A stretch of DNA of 64,000 nucleotides from Klebsormidium nitens (Eukaryota > Plantae > Klebsormidiophyceae). The position numbers were made by a program, and so were the translations under genes. Of the stretch, positions 32,401-44,400 are shown one piece after another. Every line of letters begins with the position of its first letter. The first letter of the stretch is position 1. The notes beneath the pieces were generated by a model that worked only from the letters and a program-made list of their open reading frames with translations, did not search any database and had not been told where the DNA came from. The stretch is taken from the NCBI GenBank assembly GCA_000708835.1, contig DF237246.1, forward strand, positions 1-64,000, given 5' to 3'.

Positions 32401-35400
32401 CTGGACCCCCTAGGGACGCAGCACGATATTCGGCTCCGTGGGGGGGTGTACGAGCAGTCGGAAGAAGAGCTGGCGCTGTCCCCCGGGCGGCAGCTGGTGG
32501 CGGATCGCCCCGGGGTGGCGGAGTACGTTTACGACGGAAAGGGGGGGACGCTGGTGCTGAAGGATCAGGAGGGGGAGGTGCTGCATAAGCCCCCTGCGAC
32601 CCCCCTGATCATCATCGGCCCGGGGAAGAATCTGAGATTCCGCAACGTGACGATCAAGGTGAGAAGTGAAAGTCTGCTAGGAGGTGTTAGGTCGTTGTTT
32701 ATTTCCGTTTCTCAATGGGGTTTGTCTCCTTCGCGCTCGTACTGAGAGAGGGGCTGGATGCTTGTCTTGAGTAGTTCTTAGGAATTCGTGCACTTCTGTA
32801 GTGATTTTCAGGGCAAGCAAGGGACAGCGCATTGTTCCTCCTCTTGCACCAGAAGATTCACGTAAACTCATGTTAAGAGTATCCTCTTACCGTCTGCTAA
32901 AACCTAAGTTGGTCAGTAGCATCCAGTGACCTGGACCATCGACTTAGGAACCTTTCACCCTCTAAACCGCGGTTTCCTGCCTGCGTTCGATTCGTTCGAA
33001 TGAAAACAAAACCCATAATTTTGATGACATGCAACATCAAACCCGTTCCCGCATTGCTCATGTATTAGCAGTCCTTAGTAGAAGAGCCCCTCTTCCACAA
33101 CCCCGATCAAACAGAACCACAGAAACTCTTGCTCAGAACGTCAAAACTGACACTAATCACATCTCTTTCCGTACTTGTTCCGCAGGGCGCTGCGTTCCTG
33201 GACTGGTCGGTCCAGCTGGGCGCTTGTAGCCGCTACACAGTAGAAGAAGCGGACGGTGTCACGCTGGAGGCGAGCCGGCAGGCCATCGCGCAAGCCCACG
33301 AGGTGCCCCGCTCCGAGCAGCGCCTGACCAAGAGGGTGCAGAAGGGGCCGGAAGAAGTGGCTCAGGCGAAGCAGCAGCAGCAGAGCCCGCCAGTGAAAAT
33401 GTTGGTGCATGCCCAAGTAAGCAGTCCTTGACCACGGTCGTATAGGATGTACTCTTTCGTCTCCTGCTGGCGTTAATGTCACGTTGTCGGATGCTTTTCG
33501 TCTCCTGCTGGAGACGATGTCACATTGTCGGATGCCTTTCGTCACCTGCTGGCACCTGGAGATGGTGTCACGTCGTCGCATGTCTCACTTCATTGAAGGG
33601 AACTCGAGCTGGCTAGCACAAAAAGGGCTTGATTGACCCTGTTACAAATCCGCCGCCCAGTTGTTAGAGACGCTTGGCAAGCATTCCCTGAATCGTCCCG
33701 GGTGAAGTCAAGAAAGCATCTGCTTGGAAAGCGTAGCAAGTTCCTCGACACTCTCTCACGAAGTGTTGTGCAAGACATGTATCTTCCATGTCCTGGGAAA
33801 CACACGCACGATGAACAATACTACCGTAAGGCCACTTTTTGCTGTGATTCGCGAAGATCGATCCGTCAAGCACGCATGCGCATATTCTGCAGATATACAG
33901 CCCGGAGCTGACGTTCTACGACAGCACCCCCTGGCCATCGGGCACGGTCGTCCGGCCGGAGCGCCTGCTGAGGCTCAAGATGGACGCGCATGCGACGTAA
34001 GCATATTACGATCCTTCCCTCGGGATCAATTGCCTCCCAGTCATGACCTGACGGTTCGAAACTTGAGTGCGGTTCTTAGCGTTTCTAGGCGTTTCGTTGA
34101 TGAGGCTCTATGAGCCGTGTTCAACACTTTGCAGCTGGCTCGGAAGACGAGGTTGGACGTCATTTTAGTTCATTGCTGCTACCAGTTGCTCCCGTGTCTT
34201 GATGTGATAAAGGTGAGCGATGCAAACAGACTGAAATCTCAGACATTCAAGTCAAAGGCGTCTTGCAGGGCCACACAGCCGTAATTGGAAAGGAACGTCA
34301 AGAAAAAGTCACAGACCGCACCTGCAAAGGTGCTAAAGAAGTCATGCCCTACTCGCAGGTTGTCCATGCGCGGCAACGACATGTGGGCGCGGGGTCTCAT
34401 CAACGGGCTGACTGTGGAGGCCAGCAACGGTGTCAGCGTGGTGGAGCCTCTGACTGCCACGGCGGAACTGACGACCACCGGAGGGAAGCAGCTGCTGGCA
34501 GTGGCCCTGAGCCCGGTAAGCAATTGGATATTGGCTTGCCTCTTTACTCTTAGTAAAGAGAGAGCTATACTTTTTGACGAACGTCGCGGTTCGGGCGACG
34601 CTGTACGACGTCGCGATGCGGGCCTGAGTGGCCCGAGTCTGCGGAAGACTTCCGACACAGCCGGCGTTCGACAGAAATCGTACAGTAAAGCCGAAAAATC
34701 TGGCAGATCGTGAATGCCATTTCTTTCACACTCCGCCGCGCGGCTGCATGAAATGTGCCTCGCCGTCGAACCCGCCCGCGATGCCGCTCGAATGGACTGA
34801 CGTAACGCTGTAACGGCCTTCGAAATTCAAGTGTCGGTCGCTGTGCGGGTTTCCGGGTAACTTTGGGGCCCCTAGCTAGTTCATGGGGCAGTCTGACAAT
34901 GTGTACCGGGGCCACACATCTCTACATGCTACTACGTATGCACGAAGGTCGGGTCTCAAATACCGGCCAAAGAGTCAACCTGGAACCCTCGGCTTGGAAC
35001 AATCTACGGTTTTCGTCGATAAGAGGCAAGCCCCCGCCGCCTCTCCAAGGCGGGCCGGTCATGTTTGACTTGCTGTTCACCGTTTGACTTTTCCATCGGT
35101 TGAAAAACGTGGGCTCACAAAACAAGAATGATAGGGGTGCCGCTTGCTGCGACGCAACAATCCGGTTACGACCTCTTCCATAACGGTTGTCCTTGCACGC
35201 TTCGGCCGCTAGAATGCCTATGGAAGCTCATTCTACCTCGTTTCAGGCAGATTGGCTCAATGATCAACGGTATATATGCACTCAAACAGTGGCCTCCATT
35301 TTGAAGAGCGTATGATTGAGTTTCAACGTTGTTTGAATCGATGGCACGTTCCGTGCAGGTGGCGGTGCACCTGTCGTTCACGACGCTGCGCCTGCTGCTG

Positions 35401-38400
35401 CGGCTGCAGGCAGACATCCTGGAAACGCTGCAGCTGACGTCCAGCCAGTTCACCGTCAAGTGCACGCAGTTTGACAGGATCTGGCTCGGCAAAGGTGGGC
35501 GGTGCACGCCTTTCTCTTCGGTCCTCATCACATGGACGGACGCAGCTTGGAGTGGTTTTAAGAGGATGCTGGCGCCTTTATCGTCGGTGACCTGTCGTCC
35601 GTTCCAGTAAAGGCTGGAAATGGGTTGCGCCTTTCCAAAAAAACTTTCGAGTTAAAAACGCGATTTTGATCCCGTACTTAGCAGACTGGTTTTTGGAGAT
35701 CATCGATGTCAGTGGCCCCTATGCTTGATGTCGCTCTTACCATCCCAACACATTGCTGTCTCAAAGCGCCGCAATAATCGTTTCTCCTTGCTCCTGCAGG
35801 AAATGCTGAGTTGCCGTCTAGCCGCCCGCTCTCTGTCTGGCGGCCACGTGTGCCGCCCGGTTATGCCAGCCTGGGGGACTGCCTCGTCACAGGGTACGCA
35901 CCGCTCCGCTTAGGTTGCACCACCAGATTTCCTGAGCTGTCGCTGACGGAAACCTCATGAGAATCGAAAATTTGCAACTTTGACCCGCTGTTGCGGCTTG
36001 GGTTTCAGAGTTTGTCCTGAGATCTTCAGAGCAAGAGCTTGGGGACACCTCTTTCGCGCACTCACTACTGTTTTCTTTGGCCTTCAAGGTCTTGGTTTTC
36101 CGCTCTTAGATAAGACTCTGCACGGGTCTAGAGAAAGGTGCGAGCCTTCGAGTCATTTCAATCCTGTCATCTGGAAAGTTGCCGCGACCCAAAATCCGCA
36201 ATTTCAAAAGATACCACAATGGACGCCTGGAAAGTTAGAGCAGACTGCAATACGTGTTAACTTCCGCTGCAGGCCCACTCCCCCGTCCAAGGCAGTCCTC
36301 GCCCTGAGCACCGCTTTCAGCCGCACGCGCAAACCGGTCCGCCTGGAGCGCGTTTACACCAGCCCCACCCCAGCGAGCGAAGAAGGGACCGGTGACGATC
36401 CGGAAGAATGCTACAGCATCTGGCGCCCGGTAGCTCCCCCCGGTTACGTCACTCTGGGGTACCTGGTGGAAAAAGGCACCCGGCAGCCTCCCCCTGGCGT
36501 GGTGTGGTGCGCTCGGGAGGACCTCGTGACGACGGCGGCCGTGGGGGACTGCTTGTTCAGCCAAGCTGGCGGCAGGTGAGTTCCACCGCATGGACCTTCT
36601 AATGTATTTTCTGTAAGATGCAGGCTGGGAACTGATGCTGCTTGTTGTACTGTAAAGGGCGGTCGCATAGAGAAGTGCATATTTGGCACCATATGAGTTC
36701 GACCGGATTGTTTCTATATTCCGAAGTCCACGTTAGTACCAGAGGAGAGATATGAAGGGCTTCGCCAACATCGAATAGTACCTGCTCCTGAATTAACCAG
36801 TGCCCTGACAAGCCTTGCCGTTTGAGTTCCTCCCTACTATGTAAAGAAGAACAAACCGCGGGTTGGTCACCTCAACAGAGCTGGAGCTTTGGAAGGTCAT
36901 CGCTCCCTTGATTCCATAATCCCCGTCTGTCATTTTCCTCCTCGCCTCTCAAGTGACCTCACGACAAACCTTGTTGCAGCCCCGATCGCCCGCCCCTCAG
37001 CCTGTGGCACATCGAGAACAGTGCCGGAACATTTGTTCTCCTGGATCGCCCCGGCCCCGCACCTGAGGACGCCGCCTTCGATCTCCGAGACATGCTGCGC
37101 TTTGTCAGTCTAGGCCAGGCTGCCCCCCGACCTGACGCTCCGCCCCCGGGAGGAGGCGCCGGGCTCTCGCGGCTGCCCTCCCGGCAAGGCGCGACGGGCG
37201 GGGCGTCTTCTTTACCGTCGCTGGAGGACGGGGACGAAGGTGCGACACGTGGCACAAGCGCGGTGCCTATTTGGAAAAGAATGCCTTACAGCATGCTTCT
37301 GATGGTGATGCTGTACGGGAAATGGAGCGTGTTGCAGCAAAAGCGCATCTTTGCGAGGTCTTTGCTCGAAGACTGTCTGCTTTTGAACCTTGCTTTTGTC
37401 GAGGTATAATCTGGCCGCTGCTTCCTCACTCCCGACCCCCGAGCCCGTCTTTTGAAATCTGGAAGCAGCTTACCGTAGGCACACCCATCAGGAACTCGCC
37501 TCTGTATGGCATTGATCATTGTGATCTTATAGTCGAAAAGCCTTAATCCTGTCAAAAGAACTGGCTTTCGTGTATGTGCAGCGGAAGACCCGGCGATCGC
37601 TGAGAGGCGCAAGGTTTACCAAGTGGTGGCGGAGCTGCGGCGGGTGTGGTGGAGCAAGGGGATCCCCGGGATCAAGCCCGTGTCCATCTGGCGGCCCGTG
37701 CCGCCCGCCGGGAGTGCTATCTTTGGGGACGTTGCCGTGACAGGGTGAGAAGCTTCGATGGGCTTGTTTCTGACTCAATTCATTAAGAATCTGTTACGTA
37801 TATGGTTTAAGTGTACGCTATGGGACGTGGTTGCGTCGACTGTACGGGTCTCCGTTCACTGGGTTGCAATTATACATACTCCCTGAAAGGACACTGGGAT
37901 GTAGATCTGCCCTGCACAACAAGTCGTCTATAGCAATTCAGCGCCACTGCTGCGGTCCTTCGGATGATCCAGGTTCGCCTCAGGTTGATCATAGGTTTCA
38001 AAGTCCTGAAAGATTTTATCCTTTCTGCTGGTGCCAAACCCGTAAGTAGGGGGTTGCGAGTGTCAGACCGTCCAAATTGACCAGGCATTGAAGTAGCTCT
38101 CTAGATTGACTCTCACTTGTAGCTCCAGCCGTCACCGCAGTATCTTCAACATTTTAAAGCAGACCCCAAATTCCCAAAATCCTTCTCTTTCCCCAGCTTC
38201 GAGCCCCCCGCCCAAGGCCTCACCGTCGTGGACGAAGGCTCCGACCGGTGGGCTTCTCCCGAGGACTACGACCTCTGTATCGTCTTCCCCCACCCCAACT
38301 CAAAACACGCGGTGTCCATTTGGTGGCCCCGAGCGCCGCCTGGTTACCACGCCCTGGGCTGTGTGGCTTGCCCCGGTACTCAGAAACCGGCCACGTCGCT

Positions 38401-41400
38401 GGTGCGCTGTGTCCGGAGGGACCTCCTGAGGCCGGTCGGGACCGCTTCCCCGCCGCTCATGGACACGTTTGGCGTGCGGGGCCTGCCGGAACTGGGGCTG
38501 TGGCGGGTGCAGAATGAGGTGGGCAAATCTTTCGAGGGGTGTGGAAACACCAAAGCTGTCCAATCTTTGTCAGAAGCCGGACGAATCTTTAGAAATCGAA
38601 CCCCGTATGCACACTGTTCTTCGCTCCGAGCTTGGAATCTCAGGCTCGACCTGGCAATCCCAGATACGGAGGATTTGATCTATGTATGCTACTCGCCAAC
38701 AGAAACCTTATTCTCCGGATCCGGTGCACTTGATTCATGCGAAAAGAAGGCGCTTCCGACAAGGAACTGAGAAACCTAGATCCTGTGTATTGTTTTGGGA
38801 TGCTTATGTACTCGTCATGCTGATGCCAAATCGGAAGTCAAATATTTGAATGTCTTGACTTTCTTGCTAAGCACCCAGTACTCCCAACAAGCTGCATATA
38901 GCTCCATGTGACCGGATCCCTGTTCAAGCCCTTATCATTTTCACTCAACAGATGAACACGTTCCTGGTGGGCCCGGACCATGACCCCCCTCCACCGTACA
39001 AGGCTTTCGCTCTCAAGGACCTGTCAAGTGACCGGCCCCCCGACACGCTCGCACTTGAAGCCAAGCTCGGGTCGGTGACGCTCACGGTCTACGACGACTT
39101 CGGCGGACTGGTAAGGGAGCCAATCGATTTCACTTGTGGCTGAGCGTCCTGCTACTCCTTAAAAACCGATACTTGGTAGACAGAAGCTGGAGAAGTTGCA
39201 GGTCACGGAAGTGTTGTTCAGAAATTCAGCAAGCGGCCACTAGGTAGGAAGAAATCATGCCGCGAGCCGAACTTGGACTGACCTTGTGAGTCTAAGCACT
39301 ACTAGGCAACAACTCACACCTGCCCGTCATTTCATGATGACTGCACGTTAAAGAAGTGAAAGTCAAATCCCTTGTCGAGATGAAAGCTCGCTTTGCTCGA
39401 CTGCCGTCTGTTTACGAAAAGAGTTTGAAGTTGACTGCGGTCGCTCCGCTCTTGCTTCTTGCCCCTATGAAAAATCGGGCATGTGCACTCTGCTTAGATG
39501 TCGTCTGACAGTCTATCGGTGATCTCCCTCTCTGCAGATGACCCCGTTGCTGGAGGCGGGTCTGCGCACTTCCCAGGTGACGGTGCACGGTCGCCCCGAA
39601 ATGCTGAACGCGGTCGTGGCCACAGCAGTAGCGGCGGCGACCTTCAACCCTGGACTGGACGTCTGGGAGCCGGTCATCGAGCCCTGGGAGGCCATGGTCA
39701 GGTGAGGTCGTTGGCGACTCTCACCCCGTAAATTGCCTTTCGGAGCGAGGTTCAAGAAGGGTTTGCTCGATAACCTTGATTTATATTGCTAGTTGCAAGC
39801 TTTCGAGCGTAGAATTAAATGTCCAGAAAGAGATTGAAGACATGCGGTTAGCCTCAGATCTCACCGACTGCAAGATTACTCTGCATACGCATGCTCAACG
39901 GTTACTTTGAGTGCTTGCTAAAGAAAGTTCTGCGGAGGATCTGGCCTCTTTGTGTCACTATTGAGTACAGCGATGTTGATCTGAAATCGTGAGCTGCTGG
40001 ACTAATCACCATGCTGAGCAACAAAAATAGGTCGCTGGACGGTCAATAATTTCCAGCTTCATTCTAGAGAAGAAGCCAACGCACTGGTGGACACCGACCT
40101 GGATTGAGAGCCATTTCCTCAGCAGACTTGTCCGTCAAACAATTCACTTTGCTGCGCTACGCCGCAACAAGGCACTTTAAAAGAGACCGCAAGCTGCAAT
40201 TTTTTTTCTTTCAACTGCGAATAACGTGAAGCAACCTTCGGAGCTGTCCTTCCCGGGGGTCACCCGCTGCCGCGGTCTTCCACCAGCCGCCGTGGCATTA
40301 AACGCTCGTTCCGCACTCTTTGCGCTGCACTCGTTTCGCGACAATTTGTCTCGCTCAAACCCCCTTTAAAAAGGAACCTCAGAATTCTAAAACCCTGAAA
40401 TTGAGCTCCGGACCCTCTTTGCAAGGTGCGAGTACGTGAACGACCCGTCGGAGCTGTCCCTCCCGGGCGTCACCCGGCTGCGGCTGTCGGCCAGCAGCGC
40501 CGTAAATGTGAACGCGAGCAGCGCCACCGTCAGCACGCTCGTCGAGGCCGTGGCAGCATACAACAAGGTGACGCAGATGGAGGAGGACGCAAAGAAGGAG
40601 GGCCAGAAGGTGAGTGCCAACAGTTCTTTGGGAGTGAGGGTTTTGATGACTTTCGTGATTGCTTACAACAAGACGACGCAGATGGAGGAGGACGCAAAGA
40701 AGGAGGGCCAAAAGGTGAAGCACCAATCCTCTTTGCGAGTGAAGGGTTTCGTTGACTTCATTGAGTGCTCGTCGACGTTGTGACTGCGTACGACAAAGCG
40801 ACGCAGATGGAGGAGGAGGCAAAGGAGGAGGGGCAGAAGAGCATGCAACACTTTTTCACTTTTTGGAGGTTTAGTGCGTCGAGTTGAGCCGATTTTGCTC
40901 TGAAGAAAGTCATCGGGGACGGGAGGTGGGGCAGGTTTGTAAGGCTAAGAAATGAATGTTTTGATGTCTGTAATGGCAAGTTTTGACATGCTCTCGGACT
41001 CGTGACTGTCACGGTTTTGGATCAGGGGTTGAGCTTTCAGTATCTCTTCCAACTTCTTTGCTGCTATCGATGTGCAGTGTGTTGAACCAGATTATAAGTT
41101 TGCAGCTAATCATTCAGAGAGGCGCGAAAGATGACGGGAACTGAGCACCCACAAATCCTTCCGTGCAGCGCGTGCTGGAGAAGGGCAAACTGACAATCGA
41201 GCGGTCGGCCCTGGATCAGAAGAGCAAGGCGGCCGTCGCCGTGACGAACCAACTGGGGCGCGACATGTGGGTCCGTGTGGTAGAGTCGTCCTCGGAGGAG
41301 TCTACCGGGAAGGTTGTGCGCCTGCCGAGCGGTCGGGAGACGCGGGTGGCGCTTCCTCCGCCCCAGACGCTCCAGAGGACGAGCTCTAGCAGGAGCTCCG

Positions 41401-44400
41401 CTCTGCTGCCCAGCGAGCGGAACGGAACGGAGCGGCTGCTGCCAAAGACGAGGCGGTTCGCGGCTGTGCGCGTCGGCAGCGCAGAGGTACGCAAAGTGTG
41501 GTTTACTACATTGACACCGTCTGGTTGAGAAGACACTAAATAGCAATTCACGCACTCTTGGCAGAAGAGGCGCTGCTTTTCTTTGAACCATTCCGGCTAT
41601 TGGTTGACTCTGAAGTGCAGATTTTAGCGACCCCTCTACCGCTGTTCAGCACGGCTCCATTCGTTTGAAAGCTTGCCATCGGCTCAAAGTGGCATTACAA
41701 TCTTTGGTATTTCAGGGCCTTCCTCCAGCCAGCAGCGTCAACACCCAGGAGTTCCTCTCCGCCCTTCGCCTCGTCACTGCCGGCCTTCCGGCTTCCGGTT
41801 CCGCTTCCCCCGCCCTCGGCCGCCACTTCGTCGAACTGCTACAACACCAGAGCGCGCGCACGCGCTGCGTCGTCGGCCGCCCAAACCCCGAAACCCCGGA
41901 CCTTTTGGACGTCCGCTGGGACGAGGTGTTCGTGTTCGAGCTTCCGCCGGAAGGGGAGGCGTCCGTCGATCTCGTCGTGACGAACCAGGGCGCGAACGGC
42001 GGCCGCGGCGCGGTCGTTGGGGGAACCAGCGTTCCCGTGCCGCAGAGTAACGTGAAAGACGCGCCGGAATGGTTTACGCTGAGAACTAGCGATGGCGAGG
42101 AGAACGGGCGCGTGAGCGTCGCGGTGCAACTGGTGGGGCTGGAGAAGGGGGAGGGGTCGGGTGGGGAGAAGTGGAAGAGAGGGAAGAGAGTGCAGAGCAA
42201 AGAGGAAGGGCCCAGTGGGCTTCAACTGGGGCTCGGAGAGGACGGGCCGTGGAGCTCGCTGCGGTCGGTGATTCCGGTCGGGGCGTTTGTGAGAACAGTA
42301 GGGGGAATGCAGATCGTAGTACAGGTGGGTTGGCCAGCCAACGCATTGCCTTGAAATGCGTGTTGTGTCCGCCAAGTGCTCAATTTTGTGAAAGACATAG
42401 CGGACTTCTCGTGTTGCTCTTAGTCTAAAAAACAGGCGAAAAGGAGCAAGAAAAACGGATATACAAAATTTATTTGGATGGTCCTCTTCAAACCCTCGGA
42501 CCCCAAACCTGAGGGCCAGCAGTTCTTTTATCCTTATTAGCTCCACTGATGTTACCAGACCACTTTCCAAACATGAAGCTGACGAGTCTTTCTAGCGGTC
42601 TCGATCTTGCCCCGCCCTTGAGCGCTTCTTCGCAGAGAGCGTGCGAAAGCTGCTCCGCCGGATGCCTTCGCTCACATCTTTCACAATGTGACTCCCCGCA
42701 GGTGGACATGGCCAATGGTCGCAAGCACGTGACGCTGCGCAGCCCCGCCGTCCTCTTCAACGACAGCACGGTTTCCCTGGAAGCGTCGGTCGTGCCGCGG
42801 GCATTGCGCGACGCGGATGACGAAGAGAGCGACACTGCGGCGCCACAGGGGTCTCAAGGCGACCGGGACATCACGGGGCCTCTGGAGGTGGAAGAGGAGA
42901 TCTTCGAGAACGAGCGCCTGATTCCATGTGTGGGCTGGGGCAATGCCTTCTTGCCGGTGAGCGCTCGGATGATCTCGTTACGAGGCCGCTGAAGGTTGTC
43001 CGTGGCCCTTCGTTTGTCACGACGAGGTTGCTCTGAGCATGCTGGTGTTGGCTTAGTCGCCGGATGCATGTCAGATGTCATTCCAAGAACACTCCCTGTG
43101 CGGCATTCGCATGTTGCCATGGCAAAGAACCTCGGACGATGAGCAATTCACATCGAATCGTACGTACGAACTCCACAAAGTTGGGTGGCCACGATTTCTC
43201 GGTTTCTGTCTACGTTTTTCTTGTATACGGTGCAGTAAGCGACTATAATGTACTCAAAAGAGTCAGATAGACTGACAATCCTGCCCAAAACTCTGGAGCT
43301 GACGCTTGAATGCTGACGTTGACGGTGAACTTGAGTCTTGTCCGCAAGCGTCAAAAAGGAGACTCTGGCTCATGTTAGATCCTCAAGGAGACATTCCGAT
43401 GAAAGCTTGTTAACCTGAACCCGCCCCGCAGACGGACCCGGGCCATTGGACGAACCGGGACAACACCCAGTCCGAGCCCGAGTTCAAGGACCCGCCGCTT
43501 CCCCCCGGGTGGGAGTGGGCTGGCGACTGGCAGCTCGACACGTCCGGCAACGTGGATTACGAGGGCTGGGCATACGCATGCAACTTCAGCCAGCTTCGGC
43601 GGTGGCCCCCCCGGAGCCCCAAGTACAAGTTCAAGAAGTGCTTCGATTTTGTGCGGCGGCGGCGGTGGGTGCGCGTGCGGCGGCGCGTGCTGGACGAGTC
43701 GCTCGCGGGGAGAGTGAGCTTGGGCGTGGTGGCCGCGGGGGAGACGCTGCCGCTGCCGTGGACGGCGGTGGATCCGAGCAAGGACTTGTGCCTGCAGGTA
43801 AGGCTTGGGTTTCATTACAGAAGAGGCGACGATTCTGCGGTTGCTTCTGGATAGCTTCTGAGGGACGCTTTGTGGACGCATGAACCCGCTCGAGTGAAAC
43901 GGCAGGTTTTTAGGAAAGATGTTCGTCTTCTGGAGATGGAGACGTGTGTCTTCCTTCATCCATATCACTGAAACCGCAAAGTGAGTAACATTCCCCGGTT
44001 CGGAAGAGTGTTTGCCGAGAACCGTCCCGCTGATTGTCCTCCTTGATTCTCCGCTTGGAACTTTCTGAAAAGAGCGGAATCCGCCGTGATCTCTGACATT
44101 TTCAGTCATGAACTCTTCAACATCTGGGAGTACCAATGCTAACTTTGTGAAATTCTCATTCTCCAAATTTGAACCAACTTCCAATCTTTTCAGGTCCGCC
44201 CCATGCTCGGCCCAAGCCCCGACGTTCCGGCGCACCGGTGGGCGGAACCGGCAGAGGAGGCAGAAGCGGAAGACGATTCCCCGCTCCCTCTGCGGCCTCT
44301 ATCCACCACAAGCGGCGGGCCGCGGCACCATAAGCGGGTGGCGCCGTCGGAGTTTGTGCTGCGAGAGTTGAGCCCCACGACGCAGATTCTGGAGAGCGAT

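Noticed and set aside
33454-33585. Tandem arrays here and at 47491-47596 as CRISPR
   Set aside because: Eukaryotic introns, head-to-tail units, no unique spacers and no cas genes.
35495-35520. Intron 23 start (gtgggcggtgcac) resembling the exon 23 start (gtggcggtgcac)
   Set aside because: The match is only about 12 nt and does not extend.
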